Shown here piece by piece: positions 36,363 through 45,026 of a DNA stretch of 64,000 nucleotides; the stretch's first letter is position 1, and each line of letters opens with the position of its first letter. The DNA lies in assembly GCA_015228935.1 (NCBI GenBank), contig JADGCO010000001.1:84103-148102 (forward strand), in the 5' to 3' direction. Both the position numbers and the translations under genes were made by a program. This DNA comes from Magnetococcales bacterium (lineage in GTDB: Bacteria > Pseudomonadota > Magnetococcia > Magnetococcales > DC0425bin3). The notes under the pieces were generated by a model, which was given only the letters and a program-made list of their open reading frames with translations, was not told the origin of the DNA and did no database searches.

Positions 36363-38333
36363 ATGAATGGACGGAATGGCATGCAGGATCAGGTGGTGGT
36401 ACTCACCGGGGCATCCCGGGGCGTGGGCCGCTGTCTGGCGAAACGCCTGCTGGCCCGGGGTGCCGTGGTCATTGGAGTGGCCCGGGACGGTGCTGCCCTT
36501 GACAGCCTGGTCTGTGCGCATGCAGCTTCCCGGCGGGATGGAACGACACATGGGAGTGGCCGTTTTATCCCAGTGGCCTGTGACGTGGCGGATGCTGAGG
36601 CGGTGCGCCGCCAGGTCGGCGCGGCAGTGGCAGCACTGGGTCGGGTGGACCTGCTCATCAACAATGCCGGCGTGGGCTTGACAGCCAGCGCCCTCGCCAC
36701 CCGCCGCGAGTGGAGCGAACGCGCCATGGCCGTCAATTTTTACGGCGCGGTGAATCTGACCGAAACCATCGCGCCCATGATGATCCAGGCACGTGCGGGT
36801 GTCATCGTCAACGTTGCTTCGGTCGTGGCCCGGCTGGGCATGCCGACGGTTGCCCATTATGCGGCGGCCAAGGCCGCACTCACGGCCTGGTCACAGGCTC
36901 TGGAATCTGAACTGGCCCCGGCAGGCATTCGCGTGTTGACGGTGCATCCGGGTAATACGGATACCGGTTTTCACACCAGCCAGTTGCAACCGGGAGGCTC
37001 GCCAGCATGGGTGACCCGTGGCAACAGGCTCGATCCGGAAATGGTGGCCGACACGATTCTCGGATTGACTGCCGGCCCATCTGCGGAGAAGGTGATCGGA
37101 CGCCCGGCACAGATGTTGCTTTTGTTGCGCTTTTTGGCACCACGGTGGCTGCGCAACCTGTTCATCTCCTTGTTCCGCCTGGATGTCTGGTATGACTCGG
37201 ACGCACCATTGGATCCGGGAACCAGCTCCCCATTCTCGCCAGAGGTCACGTTCCCCGGTGCGCAACCGCCGCCGGTCATGCCGGCGCTGACCGGGGTTAC
37301 CCTGGCACATGCAGATCGTTTCTGCGGTTACCATCGGCAAAAAGGTCCCCTGACCGGGCACCAGGTACTGACCCCTGGACTCGATCCTCTGCTGTTTTAC
37401 ACGCTTTATCCTTACCTTCTGGCCACCGTATACACCCGCACATCCCCTTCCCGGCAGCGTTTCCGGCATCCCTGGCTGCCAAATGCCGGCTGGATACCCA
37501 TGGTCCACAGGCCGGTTGGTGCCGTGGCTGCGGTGAAAAATGTCATCAAAACCCTGTTGGTGCCCGTGCGCCCTCTTGGTCGTAGCTGGCACGGTGTCGA
37601 ACTGCGCGTGGCTGGACATCCATATGCTTTCGACCTGGGCGAAGGCGGGACGGTGTGTCCGGCAGCCTTTCGTGCTTTTTTTCCCGTGCAACTGCGCAGC
37701 CAACTGGAAGCCAAAGACGGTGGGACCTGGAGCGGGTGTTGTCCCGATCACCTGAAAAATCTGACATTTGCAGCCGGGAATAATACCCTTGCGTCCGTAC
37801 CCCTGCCCGGTGCCGATCCTGTATGCCATTGGGGAGCGCAGGCCGTACTCAAAGCAGGAAACCCCTGCCACAGGCAACCAGTACCGGAGAAGGATGGCAG
37901 AGGTTCAACCATGACCCTGGAGGAATTGGCCACGCAACTCGGTGTGCCCTGTCCGACCCTCCTGCAAACCGCTCTGGGCTATTATCTGACGCTGAGCATG
38001 GGTGGAGAGTTGGCCTTCTACAGCACAACCTTTGATGCTGCCATGTTTCAATGTCCCAGCGTGCGTTCCCGGGTGGCTGCAGAAATCGTTCGCCACCGGG
38101 AAACGGGCATGGTGACACTCGTCGTTTTGGCCATCAATGGCACCGCCTGCGCTCGGGGATTTGTTGCCGGTGACCGGTGGCAGTTGCCTTTGGATCTGGA
38201 ACGGACCCGGGGGTGTCTGCACGCTTTCAATGCCCTCTATCTTGCCGCCGGAGTGGCGGATTTATTGCCGGAACCGATCACTGTGGCCTGTCCCCGGGAG
38301 GGGTGCCAGGCAACCTGGCAGGTGGCAGCATGA
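36363..38333 (+). CDS. short-chain dehydrogenase/reductase fused to a ~390-aa Cys-containing domain of unknown function (island gene J)
   Basis: SDR: VVVLTGASRGVGR (TGxxxGxG), NNAG and YAAAKAAL (YxxxK). The C-terminal half has no family I can name with confidence. It may hold two TIGR04076-like modules (..CPAAFRAFFP..GCCPDHLKNLTF.. and ..CLHAFNALYL..VACPREGCQATWQV). Confidence 0.8.
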   Translation: MNGRNGMQDQVVVLTGASRGVGRCLAKRLLARGAVVIGVARDGAALDSLVCAHAASRRDGTTHGSGRFIPVACDVADAEAVRRQVGAAVAALGRVDLLINNAGVGLTASALATRREWSERAMAVNFYGAVNLTETIAPMMIQARAGVIVNVASVVARLGMPTVAHYAAAKAALTAWSQALESELAPAGIRVLTVHPGNTDTGFHTSQLQPGGSPAWVTRGNRLDPEMVADTILGLTAGPSAEKVIGRPAQMLLLLRFLAPRWLRNLFISLFRLDVWYDSDAPLDPGTSSPFSPEVTFPGAQPPPVMPALTGVTLAHADRFCGYHRQKGPLTGHQVLTPGLDPLLFYTLYPYLLATVYTRTSPSRQRFRHPWLPNAGWIPMVHRPVGAVAAVKNVIKTLLVPVRPLGRSWHGVELRVAGHPYAFDLGEGGTVCPAAFRAFFPVQLRSQLEAKDGGTWSGCCPDHLKNLTFAAGNNTLASVPLPGADPVCHWGAQAVLKAGNPCHRQPVPEKDGRGSTMTLEELATQLGVPCPTLLQTALGYYLTLSMGGELAFYSTTFDAAMFQCPSVRSRVAAEIVRHRETGMVTLVVLAINGTACARGFVAGDRWQLPLDLERTRGCLHAFNALYLAAGVADLLPEPITVACPREGCQATWQVAA

Positions 38334-39916
38334 TTTCCCGATCCCGGCAGGGTTATGCCCTGTTCTCCGTTGCCGAGACACATCGGATTGTGGAATTTGC
38401 CCATGCCTGCATGCAGGTCGGCTGGACTATCGTGGCCAGTGAACCGCCGTTGTCAACCTTGCGCGCAGCCGGTATCCCTGCGGTGGATGTGGCGGATTTT
38501 GTCGGTGTGGATGCTTCCCGCTACCCGTTCCCACCCACCTTGCACCCGAAAATCGAGTGGGCATTGACCGACGCCTCGGCTGACATACGGCTGGAACTGG
38601 TCTACGACATTCCCTATGGCCCGGCCCTGGGCAACGATGTGGGCGGCCACACATTGTTGGGACTGGCTGCCAAAGGAAATCGGCTGCCGGTAGCCACGGT
38701 GACGGATATGGAGCAGGTGGCACGGGCGCTGGGGACAACCGGTACCGTGCCCGCCGACCTCCGCCAAGCCCTGATTGATGCCGCCAACCTGCGTGTGATG
38801 CGCCATTATGCCTCCCTGGTGCCGAACGGGCCTGATCATCAGGTCATTGTGGCACATACACCCCGAACCCTGCTGAATGGCGAAAATCCTTACCAGGTAC
38901 CGGCGGTGTTGCTGGACGACGGCAGCGGCGACCCGCTCGGTCTGGTCGCCTGTCGGCAGGTGCTGGGCAACCCTCCCTGCCTGACAAATCTGGCGGACGC
39001 GGATTCTCTCATCTCCACTCTGGTACGGTTGAGCGCCGGCTTTCGGTGCCTGCAGGATGGAGTCCCCTTTCTGGCCATTGCTGCCAAGCATGGTAATCCC
39101 TGTGGGATCGGTTGGCACCGGAAGGATCCCCTGACAGCCATCCGACGCGCCTTGTGGGCCAACCCGGGTGCTATCTGGGGAGGTGAAGTGGCTGTCAATT
39201 TTCCCCTGGACACCGCCTGTGCCGAAGCCCTGTTTGCCGATCCTCGGCGAGCGAAATCATTTGGCTCGGAACGTTGGATGCTGGATGTTGTCCTGGCCCC
39301 GGATGCCGACGCAGGAGCCTGCAACCAGTTGGGGCAACGCCGCCTGACCAAACTGTTTCTGAATGACCGTCTGGCAGACCCGGACAAGGTGCCACATCCC
39401 TCCTGGCAGGGGCGACTGGTGCGGGGGGGATTATTGCGGCAACCCCCAGCGGACTATGTTCTTGACCTCGCCACGGCGGAAGTGGATGGCTCCTGGCCCG
39501 ATACTCCGACCCAGGAGGCAATGGTGATCGCCTGGGCAGCCGCCTTCTCCTCCAATCAGGGCGGCAATGAGGTGGCCCTGGCGTGTCCCGGTGCCCTGCT
39601 GGCCGTTGGCGGAGGCCCCGCAACAGTTGAGGCGGCAGAATTGGCCGTCCTGCGGGCGCGGCGAGCCGTTGCCAATCTGAACATCGCGGAAAACACCGCC
39701 GACATCCACGCCCTGGATGCCACGGGCATGGTCTTCGCAGCAGATGCCTTCTTTCCCTTTACCGATGGCCCGGAGATTTTGACCCGGGCCGGTTGCCGGC
39801 ATGGGGTGGTTCCGAGTGGTGGCATGCGCTTCGATGTCGTTCGCACCTTTCTGCGTGACCAGAGTGTCGGCATGGTGTATCTGGACGAGCGTTACCGGGG
39901 ATTCTGCCGGCACTGA
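38330..39916 (+). CDS. PurH-like protein (MGS-like/IMPCH + AICARFT architecture) with diverged substrate motifs (island gene K)
   Basis: Trimmed to MISRSRQGY.. (ATGA overlap with gene J). Collinear with PurH: ALFSVAETHRIVEFA.., ..TLHPKIE.., ..AAKHGNPCGIG.., ..ADAFFPFTDGPE.., ..ERYRGFCRH. Confidence 0.75.
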   Translation: MISRSRQGYALFSVAETHRIVEFAHACMQVGWTIVASEPPLSTLRAAGIPAVDVADFVGVDASRYPFPPTLHPKIEWALTDASADIRLELVYDIPYGPALGNDVGGHTLLGLAAKGNRLPVATVTDMEQVARALGTTGTVPADLRQALIDAANLRVMRHYASLVPNGPDHQVIVAHTPRTLLNGENPYQVPAVLLDDGSGDPLGLVACRQVLGNPPCLTNLADADSLISTLVRLSAGFRCLQDGVPFLAIAAKHGNPCGIGWHRKDPLTAIRRALWANPGAIWGGEVAVNFPLDTACAEALFADPRRAKSFGSERWMLDVVLAPDADAGACNQLGQRRLTKLFLNDRLADPDKVPHPSWQGRLVRGGLLRQPPADYVLDLATAEVDGSWPDTPTQEAMVIAWAAAFSSNQGGNEVALACPGALLAVGGGPATVEAAELAVLRARRAVANLNIAENTADIHALDATGMVFAADAFFPFTDGPEILTRAGCRHGVVPSGGMRFDVVRTFLRDQSVGMVYLDERYRGFCRH

Positions 39917-39934
39917 CCGGAATGAGGATTTCGG

Positions 39935-40960
39935 ATGGCAGCATTCAATACTTTGCATAATCGCTTCAAAATCATGCGTAACTATTACACCGCCACAGAT
40001 CGCCCCGCCTACCCCCAGGAGGTGGTGATCGAGCTGACCAACCATTGCAACCTGGCTTGCATCATGTGTCCGCACCAGACCATGCAACGGCCCAAAGGAC
40101 GAATGTCGGCAGGGTTGTTCCAGAAAATAATCGACGAGATTGCCGGTCACACCGACCTTGTCTATTTGTATGGAACCGGCGAAACGCTGCTGCACAAACA
40201 GTTTCCGGAATTGACCCACTATGCCCATGCCCGGGGAATAGCCACCTGCATATCCACCAACGGCATGATCATGAACGAAACCATGGCCCTTAACCTGTTG
40301 ACCTGCGGTCTTGATTTTCTGACGGTAGCCTTGGACGGGGGGATCAGGGAGACCTACGAACGGATTCGGGTCAAGGGCGACTTTGCCTTGCTGGTGCAGA
40401 ACATTCACACCCTGCTGCGGGTCAAAAAAGAAACCGGATCCACCACGCGCATCACCCTGCAAATGATCTGCATGCCGGAAAATCTGCACGAGATTGCCTT
40501 GTTCAAAGCGTTGTTCACGAAGGAGGAACATGCCCTGCTGCATCAGTTCCGTTTCAAGCCGTTACATAAAACTTATTTACTCGAACGACAGGATATCCGG
40601 CATACCCGGCCTTGTTTCTGGCTGTGGAACATGATGTCCATCTACTGGGATGGAACCGTACCCCTTTGTTGCACCGATGCCGATGGTGCCGTCCGGCTGG
40701 GCAGAGTAACGGAACAGACCATACACGACATATGGCATGCCGAACCTTTGCGGGCCATACGCCGTGCCCACCAACTGATCAACTACGATACCATGCCACT
40801 TTGCCGAAGCTGCAACATCCCCGAGCAGGGATATTTTAACAACCTGACTATTCCCGGCTCGCTGCTGGTGGGATCAGCCTGGTTGCGCAAACTGGTACCT
40901 CTGTACGAAAGGTTGATCATGCTGCCCTTTCAGCGGATGAAGGGTGTCCCTTCCGATTGA
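39935..40960 (+). CDS. radical SAM/SPASM enzyme (island gene L)
   Basis: LTNHCNLACIMCP, and C-terminal ..RPCFWLWNMMSIYWDGTVPLCCTD..LGRV..IHDIW....PLCRSCN. Confidence 0.85.
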   Translation: MAAFNTLHNRFKIMRNYYTATDRPAYPQEVVIELTNHCNLACIMCPHQTMQRPKGRMSAGLFQKIIDEIAGHTDLVYLYGTGETLLHKQFPELTHYAHARGIATCISTNGMIMNETMALNLLTCGLDFLTVALDGGIRETYERIRVKGDFALLVQNIHTLLRVKKETGSTTRITLQMICMPENLHEIALFKALFTKEEHALLHQFRFKPLHKTYLLERQDIRHTRPCFWLWNMMSIYWDGTVPLCCTDADGAVRLGRVTEQTIHDIWHAEPLRAIRRAHQLINYDTMPLCRSCNIPEQGYFNNLTIPGSLLVGSAWLRKLVPLYERLIMLPFQRMKGVPSD

Positions 40961-41075
40961 CAGGTAAACTTCTGGAAAATCCTGGCATGAGAGAGCCGTA
41001 CAGGCCCACTTGCCCGCCTGTCGGTGTCAACAAGATATGAACCGCAAGAGCCTTGCCAAACGGAACCAGGAGATA

Positions 41076-41104
41076 TTGACCAGGACGTTCATTTTTGGTA
41101 GGGT
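41076..41104 (+). promoter_or_regulatory. candidate sigma-70 promoter for infA
   Basis: TTGACC (41076-81), a 17-nt spacer, then TAGGGT (41099-104). It lies about 85 nt upstream of the infA start. Confidence 0.35.
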
Positions 41105-41190
41105 GACGCCTTGGTGAAAATCATGGAGGATTGGACGTACCCTTTCGGGTCGTCCGCAACAGACGGATCTGGACCCCTGGAGGGAAAACG

Positions 41191-41409
41191 TTGAGTAAAG
41201 AAGATGTGATTGAAATGGAAGGAACAGTCCTGGAAAACCTTCCAAATGCCATGTTCCGGGTGGAACTGGAAAATGAACACAAGCTGTTGTGTCATATCTC
41301 GGGGCGGATGCGCAAGCACTACATCCGAATCCTGCCCGGAGACAAGGTTACCGTGCAACTGACCCCTTATGATCTGACCAAGGGACGCATTTCCTACCGC
41401 CATAAGTAG
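41191..41409 (+). CDS. infA: translation initiation factor IF-1
   Basis: (M)[71 protein letters not shown], 72 aa. TTG start with a GGAGGG RBS. The track ORF starts further upstream. Confidence 0.9.
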   Translation: MSKEDVIEMEGTVLENLPNAMFRVELENEHKLLCHISGRMRKHYIRILPGDKVTVQLTPYDLTKGRISYRHK

Positions 41410-41435
41410 CCCTCTCGGCCCTGGCAGGATGCTGA

Positions 41436-43364
41436 ATGACCGGGTCCATGGAATATAACGCAGCCGATATCGAGGTACTTGAAGGTCTGGAAGGGGTCCG
41501 CCGGCGGCCAGGAATGTATATCGGCGGCACGGACTCCCGCGCCCTGCATCACCTGGTGGTCGAACTCCTCGACAACGCCATGGATGAGGCCGTCGCCGGC
41601 TTTGCCGATAAAATCCAGATGAAGCTGGGGACGGATGGCTCCATCACCCTCCGTGACAACGGACGCGGCATTCCCGTCGATCCCCATCCACGCTATCCCG
41701 ATAAATCAGCCCTGGAAGTGGTCATGACCACCCTCCATTCGGGCGGCAAATTCAACAACAATGTCTACGCCACCGCCGGGGGTCTGCACGGGGTCGGCGT
41801 CTCGGTGGTCAATGCCCTCTCCCTCTGGACCGAAGTCCGGGTGGAACGCGATGGCTTCCTGTGGCGGCAACGGTATGTGCGCGGTCTGACGGAAGGTCCC
41901 CTGGAGCAAATGGGACCCACCCGCCGGCGCGGTACCCAGGTCGCTTTCCTCCCCGATCCCGAAGTGTTTCCCGACCCGCACTTCCAGCCGGGAATACTCG
42001 TGGAAATGTGTCGCGCCCGCGCCTACCTCAATCGCGGCGTGGCCATCCGGGTCCAGATCGAAACGACCGGCGAAGAACACGAATTCCACTTTCCCAATGG
42101 CGTGGCGGATTATGTGCGCGACCGGGTGACAGGCAAGGACCTGGTGGTCCCGGAACCGTTCGCCGGCCGCATCGAAAAGTTCGGCGACAATGAACGGGGT
42201 CGCCTGGAATGGGCCATGGCCTGGACCACGGAAGACGATGCCCACATCCTGACCTATTGCAATACCGTCCCCACCCCGCAGGGCGGAACCCACGAAACCG
42301 GCATGCGCTCGGCCCTGGTCAAGGGTTTTCGGGAATATGCCGAGTCACGCAATCTGCTCCCCAGAGGAATCACCATCACCACGGAAGATGTCCTCGGCGG
42401 GGGGGTGATGGTCATGTCCCTGTTCATGACCCATCCCCAGTTTGCCGGTCAAACCAAGGAAAGATTGACCAACACCGGTCTGGATCGTCAGGTTGAAGCC
42501 ACCCTCAAGGATCATCTGGACCACTGGCTGCACGGCAATCCGGACCAGGCAACCCCGTTGCTGGAATCAGTCGTCGAACGGGCCAGGGAACGCATCAACC
42601 GCAAAGGCAACGATGCCCGCATCAAACGCAAAAGTGCCACCACCCGCCTGACCTTGCCAGGCAAACTGACCGATTGTGTCACTACAAATCCAGCCCTGTC
42701 GGAACTGTTCATCGTCGAGGGAGACTCCGCCGGCGGCTCCGCCAAACAGGCCCGCAACCGCCATACCCAGGCAGTCCTCCCCCTGCGCGGCAAAATCTTG
42801 AACGTCGAACAGGCCAATCTGGAAAAATTTGAAAAAAATGCCGAAGTTCAAAGCCTGATCACCGCCATCGGCACCGGTTGTGGTCGCCATTTCGATCTGG
42901 CCGGGTTGCGGTATGGTCGCGTCATCATCATGACCGATGCCGATGTCGATGGTGCCCACATTGCCAGTCTGCTCCTGACCTTTTTCTACCGGTTCATGCC
43001 CGCCCTGATCACCCGGGGTCATCTGTACCTGGCCCAACCGCCCCTGTTCCGGATCACCCGGGGAGCCGACAGTTTCTATGCCCTGGACGAGGCCGAAAAA
43101 GAGACCATAATCCAACAACTGTCCCGAAAAAAATCTGCGACCAAGATTGACATTTCCCGCTTCAAAGGTCTGGGCGAAATGATGCCGGCCCAGTTGCGGG
43201 AAACCACCATGAACCCGGATACCCGGCATCTGCTGAAAATCATGGTGGACGATGAAGCCCTGACGGACAATACCTTCGACCGCCTGATGGGAAAACGCCC
43301 CCTGGAACGGTTTTTGTTCATCAGCGAACGGGCACCCTTTGCCCGCAATGCCCTGGATATTTGA
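41436..43364 (+). CDS. parE: DNA topoisomerase IV subunit B (type IIA topoisomerase ATPase subunit lacking the GyrB insertion)
   Basis: ..LEGLEGVRRRPGMYIGGT..HHLVVELLDNAMDE.., ..GGLHGVG.., Toprim ..ELFIVEGDSAGGSAKQ.. and ..IMTDADVDGAHI.. The 642-aa length fits ParE rather than GyrB. Confidence 0.8.
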   Translation: MTGSMEYNAADIEVLEGLEGVRRRPGMYIGGTDSRALHHLVVELLDNAMDEAVAGFADKIQMKLGTDGSITLRDNGRGIPVDPHPRYPDKSALEVVMTTLHSGGKFNNNVYATAGGLHGVGVSVVNALSLWTEVRVERDGFLWRQRYVRGLTEGPLEQMGPTRRRGTQVAFLPDPEVFPDPHFQPGILVEMCRARAYLNRGVAIRVQIETTGEEHEFHFPNGVADYVRDRVTGKDLVVPEPFAGRIEKFGDNERGRLEWAMAWTTEDDAHILTYCNTVPTPQGGTHETGMRSALVKGFREYAESRNLLPRGITITTEDVLGGGVMVMSLFMTHPQFAGQTKERLTNTGLDRQVEATLKDHLDHWLHGNPDQATPLLESVVERARERINRKGNDARIKRKSATTRLTLPGKLTDCVTTNPALSELFIVEGDSAGGSAKQARNRHTQAVLPLRGKILNVEQANLEKFEKNAEVQSLITAIGTGCGRHFDLAGLRYGRVIIMTDADVDGAHIASLLLTFFYRFMPALITRGHLYLAQPPLFRITRGADSFYALDEAEKETIIQQLSRKKSATKIDISRFKGLGEMMPAQLRETTMNPDTRHLLKIMVDDEALTDNTFDRLMGKRPLERFLFISERAPFARNALDI

Positions 43365-43375
43365 CGAGGCTGGAG

Positions 43376-43524
43376 GTTGGAAACTTTGGATGCCGAAGGC
43401 TGCGGAGGCTGGAGGCCGGTTTTCAGGTTGACGGGTCGGTATCGCCAGGGAAGTTGGAAACTTTGAATGCCGAAGGCTGCGGAGGCTGGAGGCCGGTTTT
43501 CAGGTTGACGGGTCAGTATCGCCA
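43376..43524. repeat. 77-bp-period tandem repeat, two 72-nt copies with 2 mismatches, in the parE-tolC intergenic region
   Basis: GTTGGAAACTTTG(G/A)ATGCCGAAGGCTGCGGAGGCTGGAGGCCGGTTTTCAGGTTGACGGGTC(G/A)GTATCGCCA at 43376-43447 and 43453-43524. Confidence 0.9.
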
Positions 43525-43544
43525 AATTGTGAGAGACGGAAACG

Positions 43545-44846
43545 ATGAAAAAATCATGGAAGATGGTGCTGGTCGTTGCGGGGTGTCTCCTGTCAGGAGA
43601 GTCGCGGGCGGATGGCGGGGATGCCTTCTGGTCGCTTGTCCAACAGACCATGACGGAAAACCCCCGAATCCGCTCTGCCCAGGCCACCCTGGATGCGGCC
43701 CGTGAACGCCTGAATCAGGCCCGCAGCGGCCTGCTGCCCGATCTCTCGCTGGGACTCTCCCAGACACACAATCGGACGGATTGGAACAGCGGTCACAACA
43801 GCATGGATCCGCAGATGGTCGGCATCAACCTCTCCCAACCCGTGTTCGACAAACGGGCACTCGTGGCAGTCCGGCAGGCAACGCCCTATGTGGCCGCCTT
43901 CGAACAATCCCTGGAAGCGGAAAAACAGGGGGTGTTTTTGCAGGTGGCCGATGTGGCTCTGAATTATCTCAAGGCCCGGGAAGTCTCAGAACTGGCACGC
44001 AACAATCGCCAGTTGACGGAAAGCAATCTTGAAACCACCCGGGCACGCTTCCGGGTCGGTGAAATCACCCAGACCGATGTCAGTCAGGCCAGTTCCCGTC
44101 TGGCCTCCGCCGAGGCCGAAGTGTTGCGGGCCGAAAATGCCGTCGCCGTGGGCAAAGCCAGATACGAGGAGGTTGTGGGAACGCCACCCCCCCCGGAGTT
44201 GTTCGTGCCGGCGCTGGAGGTGCCGATTCTGGGGGAGTCCCTGGAGGTCCTGGTCCGGGAGGCCCAGCAACGCCCGGATCTTCAGGCCGTGCGCCACCGG
44301 TTGCAGGTGGCAGCCCTCAACGTGGATCAGGAACGCTCGGGCTTTTTCCCCACCATGGCCCTGACATCCTCCGTCAATCGCTCCTGGCGACAGGAAGTGG
44401 CGGGACGGATGGATCCAGTGGATCAGATGTCCTTGACTCTGGCGATGAACGTCCCCCTCTACTCGGGTGGGGAGACCGTCTCGCGCATCGCCCAGGCGAA
44501 GTCCGAACAACAGGGGCAGGAGATCGAGGAGGAACGTCTGCTGCGGCAGATCGCCCGGGAAGTGGAACAGGCCCAACTCGATTACAAGAACGCCCAGGCC
44601 ATGGTGCGCGCCTACCAGGCAGCGGAGAAGGCCGCCATGGAAGCCAAAACCGGGATCGAGCAGGAATACCGGGTGGGTTCGCGGACCGCATTGGACCTTC
44701 TGGTGGCCCAGAACGTCTTGTTCACCTCGCAAACCGATCTGGCCCGGAGTCGTTTCGATTTGATCCTGGCCCGGTTCCAGTTGCTGCGGGCCGTGGGACA
44801 TCTGGATCTGAAAAAACTGGAGCTGACGAAAAAACCCTCTTCCTGA
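43545..44846 (+). CDS. tolC: TolC-family outer-membrane efflux protein
   Basis: Signal peptide MKKSWKMVLVVAGCLLSGESRA. Two OEP repeats (..A.LD.AR..L..AR..LLPDLSL.. / ..A..NV.QERSGFFPT..). Confidence 0.85.
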   Translation: MKKSWKMVLVVAGCLLSGESRADGGDAFWSLVQQTMTENPRIRSAQATLDAARERLNQARSGLLPDLSLGLSQTHNRTDWNSGHNSMDPQMVGINLSQPVFDKRALVAVRQATPYVAAFEQSLEAEKQGVFLQVADVALNYLKAREVSELARNNRQLTESNLETTRARFRVGEITQTDVSQASSRLASAEAEVLRAENAVAVGKARYEEVVGTPPPPELFVPALEVPILGESLEVLVREAQQRPDLQAVRHRLQVAALNVDQERSGFFPTMALTSSVNRSWRQEVAGRMDPVDQMSLTLAMNVPLYSGGETVSRIAQAKSEQQGQEIEEERLLRQIAREVEQAQLDYKNAQAMVRAYQAAEKAAMEAKTGIEQEYRVGSRTALDLLVAQNVLFTSQTDLARSRFDLILARFQLLRAVGHLDLKKLELTKKPSS

Positions 44847-45026
44847 CCGGCGTGGCGGAAGGTATCCTGACGGCAGATGTTCCGGCTGCGCAGGAAAAAA
44901 ACAAAACCGGCGTCCAGGTCCAGATCAAGGTCAATACCAAGGCAAAGCCCGGAGCCGGCATCACCGTCAAGGCCAAAATCAAAAAGAAAACCAATAAAAA
45001 AAACAAGGTAAAAGGGAGTAAAACCC

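Noticed and set aside
35030-40543. Antisense ORFs 35030..35878-, 36891..37877-, 38453..39118-, 39431..40543-
   Set aside because: They lie opposite genes I, J, K and L, and their composition is typical of shadow frames.
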